Shown here: positions 18,019 through 28,800 of the stretch, piece after piece
How positions within the stretch are numbered: the first letter of the stretch is position 1
Layout of the letters: every line of letters starts with the position of its first letter
Virus record (IMG/VR): IMGVR_UViG_3300015214_000029
Location: 1-64,000 of that record
From: a virus
Lineage: Duplodnaviria > Caudoviricetes
Direction: 5' to 3' (one strand)
Length of the DNA: 64,000 nucleotides
Translations under genes and position numbers: made by a program
Notes under the pieces: generated by a model
Databases searched by the model: none
Told to the model about the DNA's origin: nothing
What the model saw: the letters and a program-made list of their open reading frames with translations, nothing else

Positions 18019-20357
18019 AGGTATGTATCCTGCCCCGGTTCTCAGGCGAGGACCAGGGGGACGGCGGAATCCGCCGCGTGGTGGAACAGCAGGTTCGCTG
18101 GCTCCCGGAATACGGTATTGAGGTGGTCGAGCACCAGGACGAGGCGGATGTCGTCGCCTCTCACGCCATGTATATCAGCCACCACCCGCGCGTCGTCCAC
18201 CACAATCACGGGCTGTACTGGGTGGACGACCCGGTAGACAAGCAGACGATCAACTGGCCCCTGTGGGCGATCAAGGCCAACAAGATTATCACCCGGGCCA
18301 TGATCACCGCTCAGGCAGTAACGGCTCCCAGCGAGTGGGTAGCGAACGCCATCCGGCGCGGCACCCTCATCGACCCGGTCGTGGTGCATCATGGGGTCAA
18401 CCTGGACGAGTGGGAGCCCGGCGTGAGCGGGGGCTACGTGTTGTGGAACAAGAACCGGACGGACCCCATCTGCACCCCCGCCCCGCTCAATCGGCTGGCG
18501 GCACTCGTGCCCAAGCAGCAGTTCGTCTCCACCTTTGGCGACCCGGCCCCCAACGTGCGGCTGGTCGGCAAGCAGCCCTATGAGCGCATGAAGGAACTGG
18601 TGCGGCGGGCCGGGGTTTACCTGGCGACCACGCGCGAGACCGGGGGCGTGGGAACGCTGGAAGCGATGGCGGCGGGGGTGCCGGTGCTGGGCTACGACTT
18701 TGGCGGCACCTCGGACTTCGTCACCCACCTGGAGACCGGTTACCTGGTTGAGCCCGGCGACGAAGCCGGGCTGGTCGAGGGGCTGGCCTACTGCCTGGCG
18801 CACCGGGAGCGGCTGGGAGCGGCAGGCCGGGAGCGGGTGCGCAGCGACTTTCAGTGGCAGGACCGGGTAGGGGACTATGCCCGGATCTACCGGCAGGTGG
18901 CACAGCCGTTTGAGGGGCCGAAGGTCTCGGTCATTATCACGGCGTACAATTTAGAATCATTCTTAGAGGCAGCTATCCGCAGTGTGGTAGACCAGACCTT
19001 CCAGGACTGGGAACTGATCATAGTAGACGACCACTCACCGGACCGCTGTGGAGAGATTGCTGATGACTGGGCGGAACGGGACTCTCGAATTACAGTTATC
19101 CATAACCCGACCAATCTCTATGTTAGCGAGGCTCGGAATCGCGGCATACAGGCTGCGCGTGGGCAGTACATTCTCTGTCTGGACGCTGATGACCGGCTGG
19201 ACCGGCGTGCTCTGGGAGCGTTGGCGGGGGCGTTGGATCAAGACCAGCGGGTGGATATTGTTACCGGGCAAATGGCAGTTGTGGAGCCGGACGGTAAGGC
19301 TTGGGTTTCCCCCTGGCCTCCGACGAAGCCGAGCTATGAAGAGCAGATCAAACGCCACAATCAGCTTCCATACGCAGCCATGTACCGTCGCTGGGTGTGG
19401 GAGCGTACTGGTGGTTACCGTCGCCGCTGGCGAACTGCCGAGGATGCCGAGTTCTGGACCAGGGCAATGAGCTACGGGGCGCAGGCGGCGCATGTCGTCT
19501 CGCACCCGACCCTCATCTACTCCAACCGCCCCGGCTCGATGTCTCATTCAGAATCCGAGAAAGACTGGACCCGCTGGTTCACCTGGGCGCGTCACCCGCA
19601 TCTGACCCCCTTCGGGGCAGCAACCCGCGAGATGACCCCGGTCTTCAGCTACGACCCCCCGCGTCTGAGCGTCGTTATTCCGGTCGGCCCGGGACACGAG
19701 TGGTACCTGCCCGATGCCCTGGACAGCCTGGTCGCCCAGACCTTCCGCAAGTGGGAAGTGATCGTGGTCAACGATACCGGGGTACCCTGGGGGCACATCC
19801 CCGGCTTCCCCTTCGCCCGGCTGCTGGACAGCGAGGGTCTGCCCCAGGGGGCGGCAGCAGCCCGCAACCGGGGCATCGCCGCTGCCCGCTGCCCGCTCTT
19901 CGTGCTGCTGGATGCGGACGACATCGCCCAACCCCTGCTGCTGGAGCGCCTGCTGCAAGCCCAGCGGGAGATGGGCGGCTGGGTTTATACCGACTGGTAC
20001 GACCAGGAAGGCAAACACAAGCAGGCCCAGTTCTTCGATCCCAAGCGGGTGCTCAAGAAGATGCCCGGCCCGATTACCGGCCTCTATCCCAAAGCCGCCT
20101 GGGAGCGGGTGGGCGGCTTCGATGAAACCTTTACAAGCTGGGAAGACTGGGACTTCCAGATCTCGCTGACCGGGGCAGGGTTCCTGGGTCACCGTCTGCC
20201 CGAGCCCCTGTTCATTTACCGGTATCAGACCGGCACTCTACGCGAGCGGGGCTGGGACGGCAGGCGGGATCTGGTTGAGCGCATCTACCACAAGCACCGG
20301 GAAACCTATGACCGGGCCAAACTGGTTTTAGCTTTAGGCACTCAACCATTAAAATAG
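18015..20357 (+). CDS. Tri-domain glycosyltransferase (GT4 + GT2 + GT2)
   Basis: GT-B 'ETGGVGTLEAMAAGVPV' motif; two GT2 starts 'KVSVIITAYN..IIVDDHS..LDADD' and 'RLSVVIPVG..VVND..LDADD'. Confidence 0.9.
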   Translation: MKVCILPRFSGEDQGDGGIRRVVEQQVRWLPEYGIEVVEHQDEADVVASHAMYISHHPRVVHHNHGLYWVDDPVDKQTINWPLWAIKANKIITRAMITAQAVTAPSEWVANAIRRGTLIDPVVVHHGVNLDEWEPGVSGGYVLWNKNRTDPICTPAPLNRLAALVPKQQFVSTFGDPAPNVRLVGKQPYERMKELVRRAGVYLATTRETGGVGTLEAMAAGVPVLGYDFGGTSDFVTHLETGYLVEPGDEAGLVEGLAYCLAHRERLGAAGRERVRSDFQWQDRVGDYARIYRQVAQPFEGPKVSVIITAYNLESFLEAAIRSVVDQTFQDWELIIVDDHSPDRCGEIADDWAERDSRITVIHNPTNLYVSEARNRGIQAARGQYILCLDADDRLDRRALGALAGALDQDQRVDIVTGQMAVVEPDGKAWVSPWPPTKPSYEEQIKRHNQLPYAAMYRRWVWERTGGYRRRWRTAEDAEFWTRAMSYGAQAAHVVSHPTLIYSNRPGSMSHSESEKDWTRWFTWARHPHLTPFGAATREMTPVFSYDPPRLSVVIPVGPGHEWYLPDALDSLVAQTFRKWEVIVVNDTGVPWGHIPGFPFARLLDSEGLPQGAAAARNRGIAAARCPLFVLLDADDIAQPLLLERLLQAQREMGGWVYTDWYDQEGKHKQAQFFDPKRVLKKMPGPITGLYPKAAWERVGGFDETFTSWEDWDFQISLTGAGFLGHRLPEPLFIYRYQTGTLRERGWDGRRDLVERIYHKHRETYDRAKLVLALGTQPLK

Positions 20358-20378
20358 TGGCAGAAAGGATTTAAGCGT

Positions 20379-20843
20379 ATGGCAGCAGGATGTTGCGGTC
20401 GCCCCAGTAAGGCGACCACACTGGGAGAGGGGACCATGTATCTGGTCGAGTATACCGGAGAGGCAACGCAGTTCCAGCGGATCAGCGCATCCCCAGGCGG
20501 CTACTACCGCTTCGGTGGGCCGAAGGACAGCGCCTCGCGCCGCTTCTACGTCCACGAAGTGGACCTTGCCAAGTTCGAGCGCAACTCCAAGTTCAAGGTG
20601 GTGACCGAGGGGCAGGCCAGTGCCGCAGTCCAGGCGGATGTTGAGCCGCTACCTGCGGATACGCAGGAAGGTCCGGGTGCCCAGTTGATCCGGGCGGGCC
20701 TGTCGGTACCGGTCGCTGCCCTGCTGGTCGAGGCGGGCTATACGGACCCGGCTGCGGTCGCTGCGCTGAGTGACGAAGAGTTGCTGGCAATCAAGGACAT
20801 TGGCAAGGGCAGGCTGGCAAGTATCCGGAAGGCCCTGGGGTAA
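20379..20843 (+). CDS. Hypothetical protein with C-terminal helix-hairpin-helix
   Basis: 'LSDEELLAIKDIGKGRLASIRKAL' HhH motif; alternative start at 20436. Confidence 0.6.
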   Translation: MAAGCCGRPSKATTLGEGTMYLVEYTGEATQFQRISASPGGYYRFGGPKDSASRRFYVHEVDLAKFERNSKFKVVTEGQASAAVQADVEPLPADTQEGPGAQLIRAGLSVPVAALLVEAGYTDPAAVAALSDEELLAIKDIGKGRLASIRKALG

Positions 20844-21142
20844 TGACCCTTTTCTGGTTTATCGTGGGGGTGTTGGCGACCTGGCGCATCACCTCAATCC
20901 TACATCATGAGGAAATCGCCGCCCCGTTCCGCGCCCTGCTGGGGGTGCAGGAAGACGAAGGGTTAACAATCTACCCAGACACCTTCCTCGGGCACCTGAT
21001 TGAATGCTTCTGGTGCGTGAGTGTCTGGGTAGCCATAGGGTGTACTCTGATCCTGGTCTGGTTCCCGTATCTACTTCTGCCCTTTGCGCTGAGCGCAGGC
21101 GCAATAGCAATAGAACGGGTATATGAACATGGAGCAGTATGA
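20843..21142 (+). CDS. Small membrane protein (DUF1360-like)
   Basis: Hydrophobic; 'LATWRIT..APFR' and 'CFWCVSVW' pattern. Confidence 0.55.
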   Translation: MTLFWFIVGVLATWRITSILHHEEIAAPFRALLGVQEDEGLTIYPDTFLGHLIECFWCVSVWVAIGCTLILVWFPYLLLPFALSAGAIAIERVYEHGAV

Positions 21143-21851
21143 GCACTTGCTGGAGCAGGTCCGTGAACTGAAGCGAGACATCAGTAATTATGCCACCGGC
21201 AATGACAGCTTTCGCGATGGAGTCCGCCGCGATCTGCGGGAGCTTGAGCGCCGCCTGGATGAACAACTGGATACTATGGGTAAAGAAATTCTGGAAAAGA
21301 TCGCGGCGGCACTGGATGAGCAGCGCACTGAGATCGGCAAGATCAACACACGTCTAACCGTTGACGAGCAGGAGTTGGCGGTTGTCAAAGAGACCGTCGC
21401 CAGTATGCTCGTCTCGGTAGAGAGGCACCGGAAGGTGCTATACGGAGACGAAGAGCCTGGACTGGTCGAGTACGCACGGGTCGCCATGCGAACCGCTGCC
21501 GAAGCTGCCCGCACCGCACAGGAGAGTCTGACTATTGCCAAGCAGACGGCTGATGCCTCGGAGCAGGTAGGTCGGCACGTCTCGCGGATGCTGGACGTAC
21601 AGGAGAAGGCACGTATCGACGCCCAGGAGCGGCGCAGCCGGACACGGGATCTGCTTGCCAAAGCTCCGGCCCTGGTCACCGTCCTGGTCACCATCGTCAC
21701 CTTTTTCTGGGGGCTGTGGCTGCGCATGGTGCTGGGTACCGATATTACCGGGCTGGTAATCGCCAGCGGTTTCGGGGTAACCATTGCCATCTTCCTGCTG
21801 ATTACACTCCGGGCAGTGCGGGGTTCTGTCAACCCAGAGGATAATACCTAA
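21123..21851 (+). CDS. Coiled-coil protein with two C-terminal TM helices (possible holin/anti-holin)
   Basis: Long heptad region then two hydrophobic segments. Confidence 0.4.
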   Translation: MNMEQYEHLLEQVRELKRDISNYATGNDSFRDGVRRDLRELERRLDEQLDTMGKEILEKIAAALDEQRTEIGKINTRLTVDEQELAVVKETVASMLVSVERHRKVLYGDEEPGLVEYARVAMRTAAEAARTAQESLTIAKQTADASEQVGRHVSRMLDVQEKARIDAQERRSRTRDLLAKAPALVTVLVTIVTFFWGLWLRMVLGTDITGLVIASGFGVTIAIFLLITLRAVRGSVNPEDNT

Positions 21852-23078
21852 ATGGCACGGTCGAGTATTCCAACCTTAATCCCGCTCGACCGGGCGGCGG
21901 AACTGCTCGGGATGAACCCGCTGCATTTTAACAGCATTCAGTCCGAGAACTACCCCTTCCGCTACCCGTGCGACGATACCTGGTTTCAGTACGACTGGCA
22001 GGATGCCGGGCGCATCTCCCGAGAGTCGCTGGCCTTTGCGCTGCGCCAGGCTGAGGACATGACCTGGCGGCACCTGGGCTATTCCATGCTCCCCATCTGG
22101 CACGAGAATGAAGAGCATGTGCCGCTCCAGCACTACCGGCCCGAGATCTCCTCGCTGCTCAACTCGCGCGGCCTGCCCAAGAGCATCACCACCAACAACG
22201 CCTATGTCATCGAGGTGGGCAAGCGGACTAAGACTCTGGTGCAGCGCAACGCTTTCCTGGAGTACGAGGACACGACCGGCGATGGCTGGAAGGATACCGT
22301 TACCCTCACCTGCGACACGACTGTCACCGATCCCGAGGAACTACATGTCTACTTCCCCGGGGAAGATGGGGCAGATGAGTGGGAGATCCGCCCGGTCAAG
22401 GTCAGCATCTCGGATGGGCTGGCAACCATCACCCTTCAGCGCCACCAGGTCCCCCTGCCGGAGTTGTGGGAGCGGCAGCGCAGCCCGGAGAGCCTGGGCC
22501 TGACCATCGACGGTGATAACGATGCTAATTTCCTGCAAACGGTGGATGTCTACCGGGTCTACACAGATACTACCGACCAGGGACATCTCATCAACCCGGC
22601 CTACTGCCTGACCTGCTCGGGTGCGGGCTGCGTAGCCTGTGGCTACGAGACACAGAGTGTATGCGTCACCATCCGGGACCCCCGGCTGGGCATCCTGGCC
22701 TACCAGCGGGCAACTTGGGATGCCGCCAACGCCCGGTGGGTGCCTGCTGCCACCACCAACTACCGGGAAGAGCGGATCAAGGTCCACTACCGGGCCGGGC
22801 ATGTAGACTACCGGCTGACTCGCCCGTTCACCCAGATGGAGCCCCGCTTCGAGCGGGCAATTCTGTACTACGCCCTGACCCTGCTGGATAATGAGCCGAT
22901 GGGCTGCGAGAACTTCAAGCAGATGTACAATGCCTGGTCGCTGGACCTGGCTAAAGCAGAAGCCGGTACATCCTGGCAGATCGCCTTCCAGGATCTCCGC
23001 TCGCCCTTCGGCACCACAAAGGCAGCGATTACCCTGTGGCGGCTGGTCAAGGCTGAGCAGATGGTCAACGCCAAATAG
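21852..23078 (+). CDS. Putative head-tail connector/adaptor
   Basis: Position upstream of the tail tube gene; 'IKVHYRAG' typical of connectors; internal CxxC-x4-CxxC. Confidence 0.4.
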   Translation: MARSSIPTLIPLDRAAELLGMNPLHFNSIQSENYPFRYPCDDTWFQYDWQDAGRISRESLAFALRQAEDMTWRHLGYSMLPIWHENEEHVPLQHYRPEISSLLNSRGLPKSITTNNAYVIEVGKRTKTLVQRNAFLEYEDTTGDGWKDTVTLTCDTTVTDPEELHVYFPGEDGADEWEIRPVKVSISDGLATITLQRHQVPLPELWERQRSPESLGLTIDGDNDANFLQTVDVYRVYTDTTDQGHLINPAYCLTCSGAGCVACGYETQSVCVTIRDPRLGILAYQRATWDAANARWVPAATTNYREERIKVHYRAGHVDYRLTRPFTQMEPRFERAILYYALTLLDNEPMGCENFKQMYNAWSLDLAKAEAGTSWQIAFQDLRSPFGTTKAAITLWRLVKAEQMVNAK

Positions 23079-23094
23079 GGGGACATTTTAGCGT

Positions 23095-23418
23095 ATGCCT
23101 CAAGTAATATATACTAACGACGAGGGTTACAAAGAGGTCAGGTGGGTGCCCGAGCACGCGACCCCCGCGCAGTACCAGTGGGGTGTGGTGCTGGGTCCGC
23201 CCGATCTGTCGAGCCTGGATCTGCCCGAGACGAAACGCCGTGAGGTTTCCAACCGACTGGCTGAGGCGGGGATTTTCGACCTGGTTACTCTGGTCGGCAG
23301 GCGCGGAGAGCTTGTAAGGATTTTAGAAGTCGTCGGGGTAGGGGACGTTTCGGGGGTGCGCAACGCCATCATCGGACTCTACCAAGCAGACGCCTATCCA
23401 GAAAAATTCGGAGGGTAA
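23095..23418 (+). CDS. Hypothetical protein
   Basis: 107-aa ORF tightly packed in the operon. Confidence 0.55.
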   Translation: MPQVIYTNDEGYKEVRWVPEHATPAQYQWGVVLGPPDLSSLDLPETKRREVSNRLAEAGIFDLVTLVGRRGELVRILEVVGVGDVSGVRNAIIGLYQADAYPEKFGG

Positions 23419-23424
23419 GACAAA

Positions 23425-24933
23425 ATGGCTGGGAATGCAGTCGAGCGTAGGCGTTCGCGGGTGTTCATCATCCCCCAGCAGGCAGGTCCGGCAAACGCGC
23501 CCGAGTACCTGATGTTCTCGGCAGCGGGAGCCCTGGCCTGGCCCCAGGGTGATGTTACGTTGCATAAAGCACCGAGCCCCACGCGGCGCGACAAGTTTGA
23601 GGTCATTGCCCGCACGCAGGATGCGCGAGAGAATGCCACCCTCTCGCTCAGCGTGGTTGACCAACTGGCAAAGTCCCGCATGTTTGAACTGGTGCGCCAG
23701 CGGTGCGCCTTCGACGTGCTGGTGGTTCACGGTCTATGCCAGGACCCCCAGGATCTCAACGGTGGCTGGTCGAGCGGCAAGGTGCGCGTGCTGGCAAATG
23801 CCCGCTTCACCGACTACAGCACTGATGAACTGGGCACGATGGACGAGTCCTCGGACGCACCGATCATGGAAGAGCTTTCCATCTCCGCAGAGGAGTTGCT
23901 GGAAATCCTGCCCATGACCTATCTGGAGAAAGCCAAGAACCAGATCGTGGCTGAGGTCGTCAAGGTCGTCTTTGTAGACTCGGTGCAGTGTGGCGACTGC
24001 GGTGGGGCCCCCAGCGACGGCATCAGCAAGGTGGCGGCTCTGGTCTCCCCGGCTGGTTCTTCGCCGGGCACCCTGCCGGAAGTTGTAGCCACGATGGACG
24101 GCTACTCCACGACCATCGAGTCGTCCATCACCACGATGGCTCCTACCGATGTGGCTGCGGACATGGCGCACATCGGGGATTACCTGGTGGTGCTCCAGAG
24201 CGGGGCAACCGGCGCGATCCAGTACATCAACCTGGATGAGATGCTGCGCGGGGTGGGCACCTGGACTGAGGTCACAACCGGGCTCGATGTCTCGGGCGCT
24301 CCCCAAGCTATCTCGTCGGTGGGTCCGCGCGACACCTGGATCGTGGGCGCGGGCGGCTACGTCTACAAGATGGCGGACGTGATCTCGGGAGTGACGGTGC
24401 AGGATGCCGGGGTTGCTACCCAGGAAGACCTGCTGGATGTTCACGCCCTGGATCTGGACAACGTGGTGGCGGTGGGCAAGAACAACGCCGTCATCTACAC
24501 CACCAACGGGCAGGACTGGGGCGTGGTCACCGGTCCCGAGCCGGGCGCAGACCTGAAGGCAGTCTGGGTGCGCAGCGAGATCGAGTGGCTGGTGGGCACC
24601 GATACCGGCAAGCTGTGGTACACGCGCAACGCGGGCGTCTCCTGGACGCAGAAGCGGTTTGTCGGGGACGAGAGCGGGTCCATCGAAGACATCCAGTTCG
24701 CCAATGCCAACGTGGGCTACATGTCCCATACTCTGGCGACGACTGCCGGGCGCATCCTGCGCACGATTGACGGTGGCTACTCGTGGTTTGTAGTCCCCGA
24801 GGGGCAGGGCAGCCTCCCGGCGAGCGACATCATCAACAGCATCGCGGTGCCCGAGGATGATGCCAATATCATCTACGCGGGCGGTCTCGCGGACAACGCG
24901 GCTGACGGTATTCTGATCAAGGGCAGCGCCTAA
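23425..24933 (+). CDS. Probable major tail tube protein with C-terminal BNR/Ycf48-like beta-propeller
   Basis: Directly upstream of the chaperone and TMP; Asp-box-like repeats 'TTNGQDW', 'TRNAGVSW', 'TIDGGYSW'. Confidence 0.6.
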   Translation: MAGNAVERRRSRVFIIPQQAGPANAPEYLMFSAAGALAWPQGDVTLHKAPSPTRRDKFEVIARTQDARENATLSLSVVDQLAKSRMFELVRQRCAFDVLVVHGLCQDPQDLNGGWSSGKVRVLANARFTDYSTDELGTMDESSDAPIMEELSISAEELLEILPMTYLEKAKNQIVAEVVKVVFVDSVQCGDCGGAPSDGISKVAALVSPAGSSPGTLPEVVATMDGYSTTIESSITTMAPTDVAADMAHIGDYLVVLQSGATGAIQYINLDEMLRGVGTWTEVTTGLDVSGAPQAISSVGPRDTWIVGAGGYVYKMADVISGVTVQDAGVATQEDLLDVHALDLDNVVAVGKNNAVIYTTNGQDWGVVTGPEPGADLKAVWVRSEIEWLVGTDTGKLWYTRNAGVSWTQKRFVGDESGSIEDIQFANANVGYMSHTLATTAGRILRTIDGGYSWFVVPEGQGSLPASDIINSIAVPEDDANIIYAGGLADNAADGILIKGSA

Positions 24934-24962
24934 CCATAGCTGAGCTAGGGAGAGAGCACAAC

Positions 24963-25553
24963 ATGGTCGATCTGGGTGCAATACAGAATGAAGCTAACCA
25001 GGCTGTCGCGGACATCCTGGCGGATGAATCAGTGCAGGCGGATGATCCCCGGTTGCTCCGGCTGTCAACCGGGGTCATCCTGCGCATGAAGCCGGTCTCG
25101 CCCTTCATGCTGAACCTGCTGGCCCACAAGTACCCGGAGCCCGAGGTACCCTCGGTCTTCATCGAGTCAAAGGGGCGGTACGAACTCAATCCCCTGGACC
25201 CGGACTACGTGCGGCTCAAGGAAGAGCGGGACCAGGCCCGGCAGCAGGCAGCGATTGACCTGTATGTTGGCAAGGGCACCGAGTTGGTGAGGGGTCCCGA
25301 CGATCTGCCAGGGCTGGATGACGAGTCCTGGGTCCAGGACCTTGTGGACCTGGCGGACCCGGGGGACCTGGTCGAAGAGGAAGTCAAGCGCATCGAGCAG
25401 AACCCCCGCTACCGCTATGTAGCCTGGGTGAAGTATGTTGCCATCGGCAACCGGCAGGATCTTGAGGATCTATCCCGCCGCGTCATGCGGGTGATGGGCG
25501 TCGCTGCCGAGGACGTGGCAGACGAGGTGCGTAAATTTCCAGATAACCCGTAA
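24963..25553 (+). CDS. Tail assembly chaperone (gpG-like)
   Basis: Canonical position between tail tube and tape measure genes. Confidence 0.65.
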   Translation: MVDLGAIQNEANQAVADILADESVQADDPRLLRLSTGVILRMKPVSPFMLNLLAHKYPEPEVPSVFIESKGRYELNPLDPDYVRLKEERDQARQQAAIDLYVGKGTELVRGPDDLPGLDDESWVQDLVDLADPGDLVEEEVKRIEQNPRYRYVAWVKYVAIGNRQDLEDLSRRVMRVMGVAAEDVADEVRKFPDNP

Positions 25554-25815
25554 CGGGGAGCCGATTGAAGACATCCGCCCGCGTCACACGGTGCGGACAG
25601 GTATCGCCTTTACGACTATGCCAGGGCTGGTGCCCCTGTATGACGAGATGGCAGCGTGCCGTTTCGCGGGGTACCGCTTCTGGCATGAGTGGCAGGATCT
25701 ATCCCCGCAGGAACGCGCCCGCCTCGTCGCCTACTACTACCTGGATGCCCTCGTAGAAGGGCACAAGGAAGATGCCGCCATAGAATACAGCAGGCGGCAG
25801 AGTAAGAGGAAGTAA
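25537..25815 (+). CDS. gpT-like frameshift extension of the tail chaperone
   Basis: The +1 frame is open from TTC at 25537 to TAA at 25815 (FQITRNGEPIED..WQDLSPQERARLVAY..), directly abutting the TMP start. Confidence 0.55.
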   Translation, partial: FQITRNGEPIEDIRPRHTVRTGIAFTTMPGLVPLYDEMAACRFAGYRFWHEWQDLSPQERARLVAYYYLDALVEGHKEDAAIEYSRRQSKRK

Positions 25816-28800
25816 TGGCCTCAGCGGAAATCGGAATTGCCATTGTCCTGCGCGGTCTGGGCACCTTCCGCCAGAACATGGGCGCAGCCCAGTCAGACAT
25901 CAACCGCTTCGAGCGTTCGATTGCGGGCATGGCGGGATCGGCGGGTAAGTTCGGTCAGACCCTTACCTCGCTCGGTACCGCCATCATGGGCATGGGACGT
26001 ACCCTGACGCTGGGCATCACCGCTCCTCTCGTCGCGGTCAATACTGCCCTGGTCAACGCGGGCATCCAGTTTGAGGATGCCTTTGCCGGGGTGTCCAAAA
26101 CAGTTGATGGTATCGCGGATGATTTCGGGAACCTGACAGAGCTTGGTCTTGGGGTCCGCCAGGAGTTCCGGGACATGGCTCTTGAGATCCCGGTGGCGGC
26201 GACTGAACTGGCCCGCATCGGTCAGATCGCCGGTCAGCTTGGCGTCGAGGCGGCACCCCTTATCGGGGAGTTGGGCACCGAACTGGGCTACTTCACCGAG
26301 ATCGTCGCCAAGATGGGCGCGACCACCGACCTGTCCACTGAAGAGGCAGCGTTCGCCTTCGCTCGTTTGGCGAACATCATGGGCCAGCAGGACAACATTA
26401 TTGAGTTTGTCAATGGGCTGTCCAATGCCATCGTAGACCTGGGCAACAACGCCGCAGCCACCGAGCCGGAGATTGTGGCAGCCGCCCTGCGTATTGCGGG
26501 TGCCGGGCGTGTGGTGGGCATGTCCACCCAGGAAGTGCTGGGCTTCGCTACTGCACTGGGCGAACTGGGTGTGCGGGCAGAGATGGGCGGCACGGCTGTC
26601 TCGCGTGTCATGCAGGAGATGTTCTTAGCCATCTCGGAAGGTGTACAGACGACCGAGGTGGTATTGGAACAGGTAGACTCGGCTGAGCGGGCTCACCTGG
26701 AGAGTCTGACGCGGCGCTCCCTGAACGCTCAGCAGCGCCAGTTTGAGTTGGATGCGGCCCTGGACCGGGGTGTCATCTCAATGGAAGAGTACGACAAGCG
26801 GGCGCAGAAGAACAACCAGACGCTCGCTGAGCTGGATGCCGCTATCGCAGCCCTGCCCGAAGGCTTGGACGAGGTGGCAACGGCAATGGTCCAGGCGGGG
26901 GGCCCGCTGGTCACCTTCGCCACCATCTCGGGCCAGTCGGTGGAAGAGTTCGAGCGGGCCTTCAAGGAAGATGCGGCGGGCGCGGTCGTCCACTTCATCG
27001 AGCGACTTGCCATCATGCAGGACGAGGGCAAGATTACAAAGGACATGCTCAACGAACTGGGGCTCGGTGGCGTGCGCGTGCGTGACGTACTCAACCGCAT
27101 GGGCGGTGACATGAGCGTAGTCACCGAAAACATCGAGCGGGCAAACCGGGCGTGGGAAGAGCAGACGGCACTCCAGATTGAGTACCAGAAGCGGATTAAT
27201 ACGGTCAAGTCCCAGCTACAACTACTGGGCAACCAGTTCAAGGACCTGGGCATCACCATCTTTGACCTGGTGAAAGAGGACCTGGCCCGGCTGATCGCCG
27301 GGATCAGCGCCATCATCCGGCATTTTCGAGAGATGGATCCGCGCACCCAGCGACTCATCCTGCTGGTGGGGGGCTTGGCAGCAGCAGTAGGTCCGCTGCT
27401 GATCGCCTTTGGTGGCATCGTCGCCATCGTGGGGCAGGTAGCTACCGGCATTGGGGTGATTGCCACCGCGATGACCGGGGCACTGGGGCCTGTGCTGCTG
27501 CTGGTAGGCGCGATTGGGGCGCTCATTGCCGGGCTGGTAGCCCTCACGCCCCTGGGAGACCCGGTACGCGATTTCATTGACAAGATTCGGCAGGACATTG
27601 AAGCCTACCTGAGCGGCGAGGGTCTGCCGCCTATTAGTATTCCTATTACCCCGGTAGTGGAAGAACCGGAAGACACGGGTCCCCGGGCTCCCAACGTGCC
27701 GGTGGTCAACGTAGTCCCGCGCACGCTCGCCCCGGGACCTACAAATGTGCGCAACCTGCCTGAAGGGATCGACTTTGGTGCGGGATATGACTGGTCTGAG
27801 CCGCCTGATTTAAGCGCAATGCGGGCGGCAGTTACAGAAGCAGCCATTCCCGAGCCGGAAGCGGTGCAGGCAGGCTGGCAGGTAACCCTCGATACCATCA
27901 AAGAGAAAGTCAGCGGGTTCCTCTCAGAAATTAGCGGATTCTTTACCGACCAGACAGCCCGCGTTGGTCTCTTGGAGCAGTTGGGCTTTACTCCTGAGCA
28001 GGTTGCCGAACTCGACAACTTTGTGCTGATGATCGAGTCCATCTTCAAGGTCATCCCGGAGACCGTCAAAGAGGTCTTCGCGGATGTGAGTGAAGTCTGG
28101 GAAAACGACTTCATCCAAAACCTGCGCGACGTGGGGGTGCTCGAAGATATTGAGGTCAACTGGACAGATGTGTGGGATGCCATCCGGCAGGCAGTGGTCG
28201 GGGCTGTTCAAGGTATTGCCTTTATCGTTGCCCTTTTGTTGAGTATCGTCACCGGGATCATCTCCGGACTGGCGGGCATGGCAGCAGTCATCATTGGGCA
28301 GTTCCAGGTACTCGCCGTCACCGTGCCTAACATCATTAGGGGCCTGATCAACGCCGTCTCAAATTTCTTTCTGATGCTGCGCAAGTTCTTTACAGGCGAC
28401 TTTGACGCGGCTAAAGAGCACTTCATTCGCGCCTGGCAGGGGCTACGGGATGCCGTAACGAACCTCTTTGCCAGTATTGCTGCCCTGTTCTTTGGGGCGT
28501 TTGGTGGCATCTTGGCCTTTTTGGGGGGCTTCATTCAGGGGGTCATCAATTTCTTCAAGAATTTATATGAAACCCTGGTCGGGCACTCCATCATCCCCGA
28601 CATGTTGAACGCCATCAAGCGAGTCTTTACCGACAGGCTGAACGATGTCAAGGAGTTTGTGCAGGGGATCATTGACGATCTCAAGTCCATCTGGACCGGG
28701 CTCAAGAACAGCCTGGAACGCATCATTGACGGTATTGGCGATTTTATTGACAGCATCGGAACCACCACCGAAGAGATGCTGGACGTGGCGGGGGGAGCCC

